From Rhizophagus irregularis (Eukaryota), in assembly GCF_026210795.1 (NCBI RefSeq), contig NC_089429.1, positions 3,224,001-3,288,000 on the forward strand: a stretch of DNA of 64,000 bases, read 5' to 3'. This document shows positions 38,864 through 51,555 of the stretch, one piece after another (the first letter of the stretch is position 1; each line of letters starts with the position of its first letter). A program made the position numbers and the translations under genes. The notes below the pieces were generated by a model. That model did no database searches and was not told where the DNA came from. It saw only the letters and a program-made list of their open reading frames with translations.

Positions 38864-39339
38864 GTCCAGATTACAACCAGGGCGACCACAACGATGACAA
38901 AGAGAGGAGACTTCGGTAGGTTCATGCCAAGTAAGGCCAGTAGATTTGAGAGCACAAGTGATCCCCATAGCCGATTCTTTAGTAGCAGCAGAGGAGAAGT
39001 GTACATAGGCATAAGGTTTGGCCCTATAAAAAATATGTATACGGTTTTTATACTGTATATACGTATTTTTGATACAGTTTGCATTTTTACATACGGCATA
39101 TCAGTATAATGTATACTGTTCGCAAAATGTGCTTAGTAAAAAATACAATAAAGTATACGGTAAACATACTGTGTGATACAGTATATTAAATTCATACGTC
39201 TATAACGTATATCATTTCTACTGTATATCAGTATTTTGTATACGGTTCACAAAAATATTGTAAATAAAGGATACGGTATACGTATTATTCTACAGTATAT
39301 TAAAATTCATACGTTTATAACGTATTTTCTACAGATATA

Positions 39340-41085
39340 CACAGGTCAAATAAATAAAAATTAGATTTTTGCCCTTTTTAATATGGCTGTCTGATTTTTT
39401 GGCAATTTTAATATAATATTTCCGATTTTAATAATATTTCTGATTTTTAACATGAAATTGCCGATTTTTGGTTATTTGTAATAGGATTTTTCGATTTTAA
39501 TATATAACATGTGATTATGTATTACGGTTTAATATTTATTTATTAACTTAGATTTTTTTTTTTTATTTCAGTTATAATTATTTTTTTGCCTTAAAAACTT
39601 TACTAAAATACTTTTTAAATACTTTATAAAATAGAATTAAAATATTTTTTTTCTTAAATATAAATACATTTAAATTAAATAACTCATAATTTAAAATATA
39701 AACAAATATTATATTTTTTTTATATATATTTCAAAGTATGGTTTGAGCATTTTGGCTGAAGTAAATCTTATTCTTTTAATTAAAAGTAGTTTAGTAAGTT
39801 TAAAACTGTTAAGATCATAAAAGTACAGTTAATATTTTTGGAATTATTTACATTTTTTATATTATACAATAGTATTAAGTTACAAATTTTTTTACCTTCA
39901 GAGCGTATTTTGAGATCTTTAGCCAAAGTAAATCAACTTCTTATATTAATTGTAAGTTGTTCGGCAGGTTAAAATCTACTTGGATATTAATTTTCACGAA
40001 GGTACAGTTAATACTTGATGAGTTATTTACAATTTTCACAACAGTACTTATTCACGACTTTTATTTTTTTCATTTTGTCACTTCAGAGCGTATTTTGAGC
40101 ACTTTATCCAAAGTAAACCAACTTCTTATATTAATTGAAAGTTGTTTAGCATGTCAAAATCTACTTGAATATTAATTTTCACGAGGGTACAGTTAATACT
40201 TGATGAGTTATTCACGATTTTCACAATGGTACTCATTTACGAATTTTATTTTTTTCCGTTTTGTCACTTCAGAGCGTATTTTGAGCACTTTAGTCAAAGC
40301 AAATCGACTTCTTTTATTAATTGAAAGTTGTTTAGCATGTCAAAATCTACTTGAATATTAATTTTCACGAAGGTACAGTTAATACTTGATGAGTTATTCA
40401 CGATTTTCACAATGGTACTCATTTACGAATTTTATTTTTTTCCGTTTTGTCACTTCAGAGCGTATTTTGAGCACTTTAGTCAAAGTAAATCGACTTCCTT
40501 TATTAATTGAAAGTTGTTCAGCAGGTCAAAATCTACTTGGATATTAATTTTTACGAAGGTACAGTTAATACTTGATGAGTTATTCACGATTTTCACAACG
40601 GTACTCATTTACGAATTTTATTTTTTCCATTTTGTTACTTCAGAGCGTATTTTAAGCACTTTAGCCAAAGTAAATCGACTTCTTTTATTAATTAAAAATT
40701 GTTCAGCAGCTTAGAATCTACTTGAATATTTATTTTAATGAAGGCACAGTTAATATTTGTGGAGTTATTAATTTTTTATAATTGTGCGTATTGCATTAAA
40801 TTACAAGTAAATTTATATTCTTAATGTATTTTGTTTAAAATTAATTAATTATTTATTTAAGATTAGTTTTTTATTTAATATTGCTTAATAAAATATTTTT
40901 TAAATTTTAATTCAATATTACAATATAATTTTTTATAAAAATATATATTTCATAATGTATATACAATTTTTTTGTATAGTGAAAAAACTGAAAAATGTGG
41001 TTAAGAATTGGTAATACGGCTGTAAAAAGTCACAAATCGGACAAATATAGCTAAAATCAGCCAATTTTTATTTATTTGACGTGTG
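39340..41085. mobile_element. CAC-ended (CACTA-like) element carrying ~185-bp repeats
   Basis: TIR CACA(G/C)GTCAAATAAATAAAAATT; TSD ATA. CTTCAGAGCGTATTTT recurs at ~39896, 40081, 40267, 40453 and 40638. Confidence 0.75.
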
Positions 41086-41157
41086 ATAGAGTAAGTTTTT
41101 CTACACTTTAAAGCATCAAACAATACTAGTATCTGCTAATATGTACTACCCAAAAAC

Positions 41158-41400
41158 TAGAGGTAGGGTCCGGTCATCCGTTCAATCCGTTATTTCATCC
41201 GATCACGTGATGTAGATCACGGGTATGTAGATCATATCCTTTTAGGCGATACCCGTTCCACAAAAATATTTTTCTAAAAATCGATCTTACCGATTTTGGA
41301 AATTAGTGTAACATTCGACCTAAAAAAGGAAATGATCGACACAAATCACGTGATTTGACCGGATGACCGGATTTACGTTTTTCACCGGAGCCTACCTCTA
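41158..41400. mobile_element. hAT-type MITE
   Basis: TIR TAGAGGTAGG(G/C)TCCGGT; TSD CCAAAAAC. Confidence 0.9.
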
Positions 41401-41539
41401 CCAAAAACTCACTGATGTAAAATCACAATTATTAAAAAATTCACAAGAATTTTTGTTAATACTGTTTAATTTTTAAGTTCAAAGTCCGATTGATAATACT
41501 AAATTCAAAACTCAATTATAAATCATTTTTATAAATTAT

Positions 41540-43220
41540 AATTTAAAAATTAAGCAGTATTAAGGAAAATTCTCATGAATTTTTCTTAATACTACTTAAT
41601 ACTAATTTAACTAATTTAGTATTAAGGTTTTAATTTAAAAATTAAGCAGTATCAAGGAAAATTCTTGCGAATTTTTCTTAATACTGCTTAATTCTAATTT
41701 AACTAATTTAGTATTAAGGTTTTAATTTAAAAATTAAGCAGTATCAAGGAAAATTCTTGCGAATTTTTCTTAATACTGCTTAATTCTAATTTAACTAATT
41801 TAGTATTAAAGCTTTAATTTAAAAATTAAGCAGTATCAAGGAAAATTCTTGCGAATTTTTCTTAATACTGCTTATATCTGCCAATTCGTGAAATTAGCCA
41901 AACATAAAGATTTGCACATTTTAACAAGAATTATGTTTCACAAGCTTAAATTGTATGTGTTACATAATCAGATGATCTAAATCTATCAAAAAATAAAAAA
42001 AAATTTTTTAACGTTTATTCAAAAATAACAATGGCAACTACTTTCTTTTACAATCACTTTTCAATCACTTTTCAATCAGATTTTTGTTAGGTGACTTAGA
42101 AAAGTTTATAGGCATATATAGCAGGTTTTTTTTAATCAGTAAGTAAGAAAACAAATATTAATAATTTTTATTAATAAGAAAAATCTTTTTTCATTTATTT
42201 TTAACCTTATTTCCTTTTTTTTTTTAGTAAAAATATATACAAAATAAAAATGTGAGTTATGATTTAGAGTTTTTGAGATGTTTTTTTTTGTTTTTTACTA
42301 TACTAATTTTATTCTACTTGTTAATTACTTTTTAAAATTGATTTTATTAATTTATTCAATTTAAAACAGAAATGGCAAATAAAAACTTGTTAAGTAAAGT
42401 AAAAAGAGCCCAATAATACCTGTAAAGATCATCTTTTGGTAAGAATTATAATTTTAAAAATTTTTGTGTCAGAGTTTTATTCAATTAACAAAATCGTTAA
42501 TATCTCGGCGTACATGTATGCTAAACACATATATTTATATTCATATGAAAGCCCAGAATCTACTCTACCTGAACGAAAAAAGATTATTCAAATCGAATTA
42601 CTAGATGTGAAGATATTAGCGATCAAAGTCAAAGGTTAAAAATAAATATATTGAACGTAATTATTCAGCAACTTGTGATCCAATTCATGTGATATTTGGT
42701 TTATGGATAGCTCTTGATTACCTCTTTCTAATGAATATAAATTCATTCATCTAGCACACATACACGTTAAGTTATTCAATATTTTGTCATGACAATTATA
42801 TTTAAATTTTTTAATTTTAATGATATTATTAAAAAAATCAAAAAATAATATAATCAAATCAATTTTATTTATATCAGCGGTGTGAATCTATCATTTTCAT
42901 GTAAGTTGTATTAGCATTTTCTTAATAAAGTTAGTTTTTTGAATATAAAAACTTAATTCCATAAATCAGTCCATATGTTAATTCTAATTTAACTAATTTA
43001 GTAGTATTAAGGCTTTAATTTAAAAATTAAGCAGTATCAAGGAAAATTCTTGCGAATTTTTCTTAATACTGCTTAATTCTAATTTAACTAATTTAATATT
43101 AAAGCTTTAATTTAAAAATTAAGCAGTATCAAAGAAAATTCTCAAATTTTTCTTAATTCTAATTTAGCTAATTTAGTATTAAGGCTTTAATTTAAAAATT
43201 AAGAAAAATTTTTACAAATT
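41540..43220. repeat. 92-bp hairpin-containing tandem repeat, interrupted by an insert (41875-42977, TTA flanks)
   Basis: ATTAAGCAGTAT at 41549, 41641, 41733 and 41825; the array resumes at 42978. Confidence 0.85.
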
Positions 43221-46175
43221 TTCTTATTAAAAAAAAGAACTTTTAAATTACTAATTAAACTTTAAAAACAATCTGTATGATTTAAATTTTAAAAAAATAC
43301 TTCTGCTTTTTAATTTTCGCATTTCTACATTTAACCAATTAAAATTCAGCTGATCGCCGATCACATGCATTAATAACACGTTATTGTTTATTTTTTGTTT
43401 ATTTTTTCAAAAATATTCTTTTCTCTTCTTTTTTTTAGAAAAAAAAGACAATAAAAATGAATACCAAAATTATTTTAACATATAATAATAAAAATTAAAT
43501 AAAAAACTTATTTTGATAATATATAATATATATATTTGTACCAAACTACTAATTATACAAAAAGTGATATGCACGTATATCAATTAACAATTACTTTCAC
43601 TAATATCTCTCTGGAATTGTAATGGTGAATTTTAACAATATTAATTAAACAACTATATGTACACCGTTTTATGTTTTTATTTTTATATTAATATTATATG
43701 TTAACATATATTAATTATATTTTTTTTTTACTTTTATGTATTTTATTTAATTTTTTTAATATATTACTAACATTACTTCTATCGTTTTATTACTTTTTTA
43801 TATCTAACTAATATATTAATAATATTACTAACTTTTTATTATTTTTTTTTACTAACCTTTTATTATTCCTTTTTTATATTTAAAATAATGATAATATTAC
43901 TAATTAAATTTCTTTTTTTTTTGTTTATATTTTGCTAATATTATTTTTTTTACAAATAGTATATTATTTTATACTAGTTTTTTATTTATATTATTTATAA
44001 AAAAATATTTGTATATTTAATATTATTTAATAAAAATTTTATTGATTATAAATGCATTTTAAATTCTGTTTGCAAATATAAAATATACGATTTAATTGAA
44101 TAATATATACTATTTATCAGTACAAAATATGCAGTTTAAACTGGAAAAAAGTACTGTTTATCAGTATAAAATATACAGTTTATCCTGGAAAAGTATACTG
44201 TTCGCATTATAAAATATAAAACAATATACTGTTTATTGGTATAAAACATACGGTTTTTCTACTGTTTACAAGTATAAAACATACGGGTGAAACTGGAAAA
44301 ATATACTGTATGCAAACCGTATATATGATACGGTGTGCAGAATACCGAATATATACAGTATGTGAAAATACTGTAATTATACGGTAATAATACTATAAAT
44401 ATACTGTTCGCAAAATACGAAAATACAGTATACTAACCGTATATATATTTTTTATAGGGTGGGATTGTAAGAGTTGTAGGAGAAAGGGATGTTAACGCTT
44501 TTAGCGGAAACTTCTTCGGCAATTTCAGAAAGGTCAGCGGCAACAGAACCGCGTAGCGCCAGCAAGTGCAACATGAGCGCGTTTGACAGCGCGTTGATCA
44601 GGTGAATGAGAAGCAGGACAGACGCGTAAGCAGTATCCAGTACAAAGTACAGCCCACGTGTTTTCAAATTGATCCATGGAGGCGGCGGAGTCAAAAACTA
44701 TATACGCAGTGTGATAAAGTTTTGAAAGACGCGTGCGGCAGTGGGTAACAATACCATAACGGGAGAATGTGCCCCTTAATTGTGCATCGGTGACAAAGAG
44801 AGGGATGTCGGTAACTACCAGGGTACAAAGCTGTTCATCTGCCTTTTTAGCAGATGGGTCATGCTCGTGGAACTGTAGATCATGCAGGGAGGCGATAGGC
44901 GTAGCGATAGCTTTTTCCATATCAGGTTTGGAACGAAAGTAGACAACGATAAGTTTATTATCGCCTGATCCTTGAGTGGTAGCTTTACTACCATAAGAGG
45001 AAAAAGAGGAGAATTCTTGGTCGGTCGCGTCGCAAGCTTCGTGATTGGTTTTGAAGTGGGTCAAAATTCTTCAATAGTAGAGGGCGCAGCCGCAGCGCCC
45101 GCCGAAGGGGGAAGATTGTATAGCGGCAGTAGACGTGTCAGGAGACGCAGCGCGTTCGAGGTTCAGGAGGTGAAATTTCCACAGATTTTCCTTTATCTGC
45201 AGAGTTAGAAGGGGAATGTTGAGTCGTCATGGGAAGTACGAGTCGGGGAGGCGAAGGGGACGCGTTGGTGTCAACGAGAGGGGGAGACAAAGTTGAAGTA
45301 TTTTCCTGAGGAGCAGGAGGAGTCAAAATATTGTCTTGGTCCATAACAGGTTCAGAAGAAACCCGTGTGCGTTTTGCAAAGTTGTCGGTCAAAGGTTGCG
45401 AAGTAGGACCAGGAGTAGAAGCAGAAGAACCTTGACCTTGAACGTTGCCAGAAGGAGGACTCTGGGCAGGACGTTTTGGAGCAGAAGTACCAGAAGCTTT
45501 ATTATTTCGTCTGTTAGTCATAGCTAAAAGTAGAAGGGAGAACTAAAATATGTAATAGTTAGTAGTAACGCAAAGTAAATAATAAAAATACTTCAAAAAA
45601 ATCTTTTTTATTTTTTGTCGCAATATTGTCATGAAGGCAGTTTTATCCTTTTCCTTTGCTAATGTTTACGGCCAGACCACCCATTGCCTCTTATGAGACT
45701 AATCTCGGGTCATGTCCTATCATCTTCAATAGGCAACCATTATACCGAGACTTAATTCCTCAGGTAACAGCACCACTATAGAAGACATCCCCCATCGGGC
45801 CATTATAGGCTGATCGGAAGCTAGCGAGACACGCCGCCTACTTATCCTATACCCATTGCCCATTGCATACTGATACTCAATTTATTTAACGACCTTTAGA
45901 GAGCATCTACTTTCATGGAGGACTTTCGACAGGTAACATCAACCATCTAGTACCCTTCCATACCACCATTTTAGGTACTAAGTCTCACTCAAAGGCCACT
46001 ACAGCCCGCGATTACCTAGCACCGATAGTACAGTTGTTTACCCCAAGTGGTATACTTTGTAGTGACCACTCGGATAGAAGTAGCAGGCTTCTGTCCAGGA
46101 TCACCCCTTATGGTGGGTATCAACCACCAGGGATCACCAACCAGGACCCAAGAAGTGGGGAATCGAACCCCATAA

Positions 46176-49100
46176 GGGGCGTGCCAGAAATCAGCTGATT
46201 TCACTCAATTAGTAAGGCTAACCCTCCCACCCCCACCTGATCATTTAATCGATCATTTTGATTGGCTAAAACATTTTATATATAAGATTATAATTTCGCT
46301 TTACATCTGACTATCCGATCATTGGTTGAAAAATTTAATAATAGATATTGATTTTACATTGTTTAAAAAAAATTTTAATGATAAATAAAAAATCTTTACT
46401 ATCTATTTTCAAATAAAGTATAAATACATAAAAAAAAAAAAATAAATCATGCAAAGTTTTTTAAAAGCACCAAATTTTAGTAAAACGTTTTTTTATAAAC
46501 AACCACAAAATAAATACCAAGAATTTTGTAATGCATATGCATATTACAAGCAAGCAACGCTATGTGATCCTAAATTAAATCGTGAAAAATTATCCCAAGA
46601 ATGTGCAAGTGAATGGAAAGATGTTAAAAAACATGATAATGTTTTTATTGAAAGTAAAATTTGTGAATATTATGAAACTATACCTACCACTGTTCGTTCT
46701 CATCAACAAATTCTTATATCACGTAATGCAACGCCTAGTTCTCATCATACTCCTACACCTTCAACCTCAAAGCAATATAAAGAATATATTGACATTACAT
46801 CTTTACCAAAAAATGCCAAATCGCAATATGATGCAGCTGTAAAAATTAATTCAGCTATGAAAAAAATATCTGAGTGTGAACAAATGATGGAGATTGCATC
46901 AGACGATTCAATGAAAGTTATGTTATCATCTAAATTAATTGAAGAACAGAAAGTTGTATCAGAACAAAATGCACGGTTAAACAAATTAAAACGTCATGCT
47001 GATGCACAAGCAAAGCTAGCAGCAAAAAAGGACAAACTTTTTGAAGAGGGAATTGTAGAAAGATATGATACTCCAGGAAGGCCATCTGCAGCTATGAAAG
47101 ACCCAGAACTATGGGATAAAATACATGATAGTATTGAATTTGGAGCTGCTCATGCTAAACGTAGAAAAGTAGTTATTAAAGTAAGAACAATAAAACATTT
47201 ACGTGAAACTTTAGAAGAAAAATATAATACCTATTTATCTCGCCAATGCTTGTCAACTTATCTTCAACCTCGCCATCAGAACACTTTTGCTGCACGTCGT
47301 CATCATCATCCAACAAAAGTAGGCCTTGCCTCTGTAGCACGAACAGAAATGAAAACTCATATTGATGAGCATTATTGTCTAGCTTCTGTTAAAGCTGCAA
47401 GAACATTTGCTGAAGTTTTTGCAGATGAAACAATTATTATTTCTCAGGATGATAAGGCAAAAATTGGATTGGGAATACCTGCAGTTGGACGCACATTTAA
47501 AGCAATTCAAACAACAAATGAACCAGTAACTGTTGAGGATCATGATTTTCCGATGGGTTCAAAGATGAAATTAATACCATCTGTTTATCTAATAATTAAT
47601 CCAGCTGATTCAAGTGATACTCTTCGAACTGGGCAGCTCTCTATTTTCATTAGACCAGAATATTTTATTGGAACGTCATCTGCAACTCATATGGTTGATT
47701 TAAAAAATATTATTTCTAATGAAAAATTTTCTGCAACTTTAAAAAAAGAAAATGAAGTTAAACCAATTTTAATTCTTCTTGTTGATGGTGGGCCAGATGA
47801 AAATCCAAAGCATATGAAAAATATCATTCAATATGCTCACCTTTTTCATACCCTTGACTTAGATTATTTAACTATTCGCACTCATGCTCCAGGTCAAAGT
47901 GCATATAATCCAGTAGAACGAAGCATGGCATCTTTATCTGCAAAACTTGCTGGTATTACTTTACCGATAGGAGAATTTGGATCACATCTAAATAGTCAAG
48001 GAAATGTAGTGGATGAAGAATTAGCACGAAAAAATTTTGAATATTCAGGTAAAAGGCTTTGTGATATATGGGAAAGAGATGACATACATGGAAAACCTGT
48101 TACGGTTAAATATATCAATCAGGAAAAAAACCCGTTTGATAATGAGCCTCCAATATTATGGAACTGGATAGAACGTCATGCACAGATGTGTCGTTACTCA
48201 TTAGATATAAAAAAATGCAAAGACCGAGAATGTTGTTACGAGTACAGAGCGCCAGATGTAGCAACCCTTTTGGACGAAAATAATGGATTTCTTCCTTCAA
48301 TCATAAAAGGAAGAGATGGTCATTTCATTAACTCAATTCATGCTCTTGATTATTATGATAAGCTTAAAATTCAAGAGTATGATCGTTATTGTCCTTCAAT
48401 TTCACAGGAATTATATTAACGCTTATGTTGTAATATATGCGGCAAATATTTTCCAACTCTTAAATATATATCTGAATACAAACGAAATATACATTCTTTA
48501 AAACAAACTGCCAGGAAATCAAAACGAGTCCAGAAACAAAATAACGAAACAGAAATGGAATGTGTATTTATTGTAAATACAAACTTTAATGAAGCGGAAG
48601 ACATATTTCAAAGAGTTCCGTGGCAAGAAACAGTACAAGATTTTTGTGCAGTTCAGTCAGACGAAGAATAAATGGTATTGTTTTTAATGTTTATAAGATA
48701 TAATTTTTTTTTTATTTTCAGTGAATTTGTGATACATAATACAACATAAAACTGAATAAAGAAAAAATTTGCCGAACTATATAAAATGTAAATCAATTTG
48801 CCGCAGTGAAACTAATTAACTAACTAATTTCTGATTTCTGGCTATAGAGTTTCAGTCCGAAACTAAACTGTTCCTAAAAAAAAGAGAACGTAAGAAAGCC
48901 TTTTTTGGAAAAAATTAATCAACATTATCTCCCAACCTTCATTTACCTGTATTTTCGTACACCAACCTCCAACAACCCTACAAAAAGAAAAATAGAAATG
49001 TTAGTATATTCGTTTTTAAAGGAAACAACGAAAAAACTCCTCTCCCGGTCTCTCCTTACCAAAATCCAGAAGTTCAGTGACTCCGGTCATGCTGTTCGTC

Positions 49101-49627
49101 CGGAATCCCTATAAAAAAGAATGAAAAAATAAATTAAATTTCCTAAAAAAAACAAAATTATAAAATAACGAAAAAAACCTCTCTACCTCAATTCAAAAGT
49201 CCAGTCACGTTTCTTGTCTGGAAATCCTACAAAAAAAGAAAAATATATATTAGTTACGTAGTTGCATTCTTTTTAAAAAAAAAATCAAAAACGAAAAACC
49301 TCTCCTTCGGACTTTCCTTTCTCAATTCCAGAAGTCCAGTCCTATTTTTCATTCGGAAACCCTACAAAAAAGAAAAATAAAATAAATGTTAAATTTATTA
49401 AAAAAAAAATAAAAAATATATCGAAAAAACTTTTTACCTCAATTTCAAAAAGTCTGGCCTGTTTTTCGTCCGGAAACCTTACAAAAAAGAACCTAATTTC
49501 GGCAGTCGACCTTAAATTATTATATGTAAGAAATTAACCAATAAAAAGCATGTCACGTGATTAAAGACCTGATCCGCAGACTGAACCCCCCACCCCCTAT
49601 CAAATCAGCTGATTTCTGGCACGCCCC
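46176..49627 (+). mobile_element. Zator DNA transposon
   Basis: Perfect 26-bp TIR GGGGCGTGCCAGAAATCAGCTGATTT; 3-bp TSD TAA. Confidence 0.9.
46449..48671 (+). CDS. Zator (TP36-like) transposase: 656-aa ORF plus 83 in-frame codons after one premature stop
   Basis: SQDDKAK, DHDF, VDGGPDENP, APGQSAYNPVERSMA. After TAA 48417-48419 the frame continues RLCCNICGKYFPTLK...H to a stop at 48671. Confidence 0.85.
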
Positions 49628-50107
49628 TAACCATGCTACCTGTTCTGTGCACGAACACCTTGGTTGGTCTAAGACCTAACAGAAGGTCAAACTACCATTA
49701 AGACATTGCACCCTCAGCTTTACCATCTAGGACGACCATCTAGCCATTACTGACCCCAAGTGGTATCGTGGAGTGACCACCTAAACAGGAAGTCCCCCCA
49801 AGGTATAGTAGTAACCTCAAGGACAGGACTGCGCACATACCAATGGCCTCATAGGGAACGTTAGAAGGACACCATGACCCTTAGTTGAAATGTGCAGCCT
49901 AACCGTACACACTAATTCACCATGATGCAGTCCAACTACACTAATCCCTGTACCTTCACGCTATTGGTTGTAGCGTCCGCAGTAAAATTCTTTTTATTTC
50001 CGTGGTCATGGGAATCGAATCTGCGACCTCACCATACTCAGGCTTAATAAGGGTCTCAGTGATTAACCACCGAGATAGGGTGACCAACTCTAGTTTTATC
50101 CTTTTCC

Positions 50108-50260
50108 TTTGCTAATGTTTACGTCCGACCACCATTCACTCTTATGAGACTAATCTTGGGTCTGTGTCCTATCATCTTCAATGGGCAACCATTATACCGA
50201 GTACTTAATTTTTCAGGTAACAGCACCACTATAGAAGACATCCCCCATCGGGCCATTATA
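50108..50260 (-). mobile_element. 5'-truncated SINE-like unit (153 bp), type-1 3' end
   Basis: Matches 45655-~45807 and lies between two copies of the 16-bp repeat. Confidence 0.85.
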
Positions 50261-50762
50261 AGTTTTATCCTTTTCCGATTACTGGCTGACGAGTTATTCA
50301 ACAAAATGTTAAACATCGGCATTATAATATTTTTTGATTTACGTTTACTGCGCCATTTAACATTTTGCTAGATTTCTCGGTACCTAGTGATTGTAAAAAG
50401 ACGATTTATAGCTCGTTGGAATCGCCTCATCGAGACAAATCGAATGGTGGTAAGTTCATCTTTCTGTGATCTGTGATCAATATTGATGGAGTTATTACTT
50501 AAAAACCATTTAATATTTTTTAATTTCGGAAATTAATTTAGTGATTGGATTTCGACGTATTTTATACCATTAGAACCGTCTCATCAAGACGAATCGAATG
50601 GCGGTAAGATCATCTCTCTACGATTAATATTGGTGAAGTTACGATACAATAAAGTTTTAAGTATAATTTTGGCTAAAATTATGTTAATTTTTGGCCGGAA
50701 TTATGATATGCAAATATAAGAAATTTTTTATATAGTCACATCTCTTTATAATCACCAAATAT

Positions 50763-51231
50763 TGATCCTGGGTAACACCTACAAGCTTACTGTCCAGGTG
50801 GTCACTACAAAGTATACCACTTGGGGATTACAACTGTACTATCGGTGGTGGGTAATCGCGGGCTGTAGTGGCGCTTTGAGTGAGACCTGTTACCTAATAT
50901 GGTGGTATGGAAGGGGTCTAGATGTTTGAAGGTTATCGACGAAAGTCCTTCGTGACGTAGTAGTGGTGAGGGGTTATAATAGTAGCCGTTACAGTATCGT
51001 ACAACAGATTAAAGGACGAGTAGGGTGGTGTTCGGCAGATTCGAAGGCCTTCGGGTCCCTGGGATAAGTCCTTGCGTTTCGGTTGTGGTGTTGAATTGTC
51101 CCTGTTAAAAAGGTGGCGGGGATGGTTACATCATGGCTTAGTGAGGATGATGCAATGAACGACCTACCTCCATAGCCTTCAATAGAGGGTGCGGAAAGTA
51201 GTGGCCACTAAACTTACAAAACACTTGTAAA
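50763..51231 (+). mobile_element. 5'-truncated SINE-like unit, type-2 3' end
   Basis: Collinear with ~59812-60805 minus the MITE; ends CACTTGTAAA. Confidence 0.85.
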
Positions 51232-51555
51232 ATAATCACCAAATATGAGGATCATTGCAACTCTTTCCTGAATTTTTGAAAATACTAATAAAATTAATTT
51301 TTGAAATTTTCGTTCGAAAATTTCTAAGTGCTCGTTCATAATACTAATATTTCCACAGTTGCTTTCCTCTTTACTGAGCTTTATACTATGACTACACCTC
51401 CAGCTCCTTTTGTTATTAACCCAGATATTCTGCCGCCACCGCGTCCTGTTATCTCTGCTTCCCTTCCCTTCCAGGACCGACCCCTTTACCTTTCATTTCC
51501 CACCTAATACCGCCGGCGTACCAAATAAACGTTCGCGTACTGTCTCGAGGACGCT

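Larger units (their letters stand above)
39022..44459. mobile_element. CCC-ended CMC/EnSpm-like non-autonomous element with nested inserts
   Basis: TIR CCCTATAAAAAATAT; 3-bp TSD TGG; ATACGGT/ATACTGT subterminal repeats. Removing it restores ORF1. Confidence 0.85.
36979..45521 (-). pseudogene. LINE A ORF1 (RRM, Cys knuckle, basic region, coiled coil), split by insertions
   Basis: Segments 45521-44460, 39021-38872 and 37766-36979 rejoin as SYNPKPYAY and CHRCGRPGCNPDKC. VTDIPLF..FSRYG is homologous to LINE B ORF1. Confidence 0.88.
31283..45638 (-). mobile_element. LINE A: full-length non-LTR retrotransposon with APE, RT and RNase H, disrupted
   Basis: Flanked by the 16-bp repeat. ORF1, ORF2 and 3'UTR are present, with two large DNA-element insertions in ORF1. 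Confidence 0.92.
45655..50091 (-). mobile_element. Full-length SINE-like element, type-1 3' end, interrupted by Zator
   Basis: 45655-46175 plus 49631-50091 is collinear with 30290-31266. Confidence 0.85.
30274..50276 (-). repeat. Array 1: five copies of AGTTTTATCCTTTTCC delimiting four retroelement units
   Basis: Exact copies at 30274, 31267, 45639, 50092 and 50261, each at a unit boundary. Confidence 0.95.

Noticed and set aside
30290..50091. LTR retrotransposon reading (1-kb repeats flanking gag/pol)
   Set aside because: ORF2 is APE-RT type with no integrase or protease. The repeats lack TG..CA ends and are separated from the coding unit by the target repeat.
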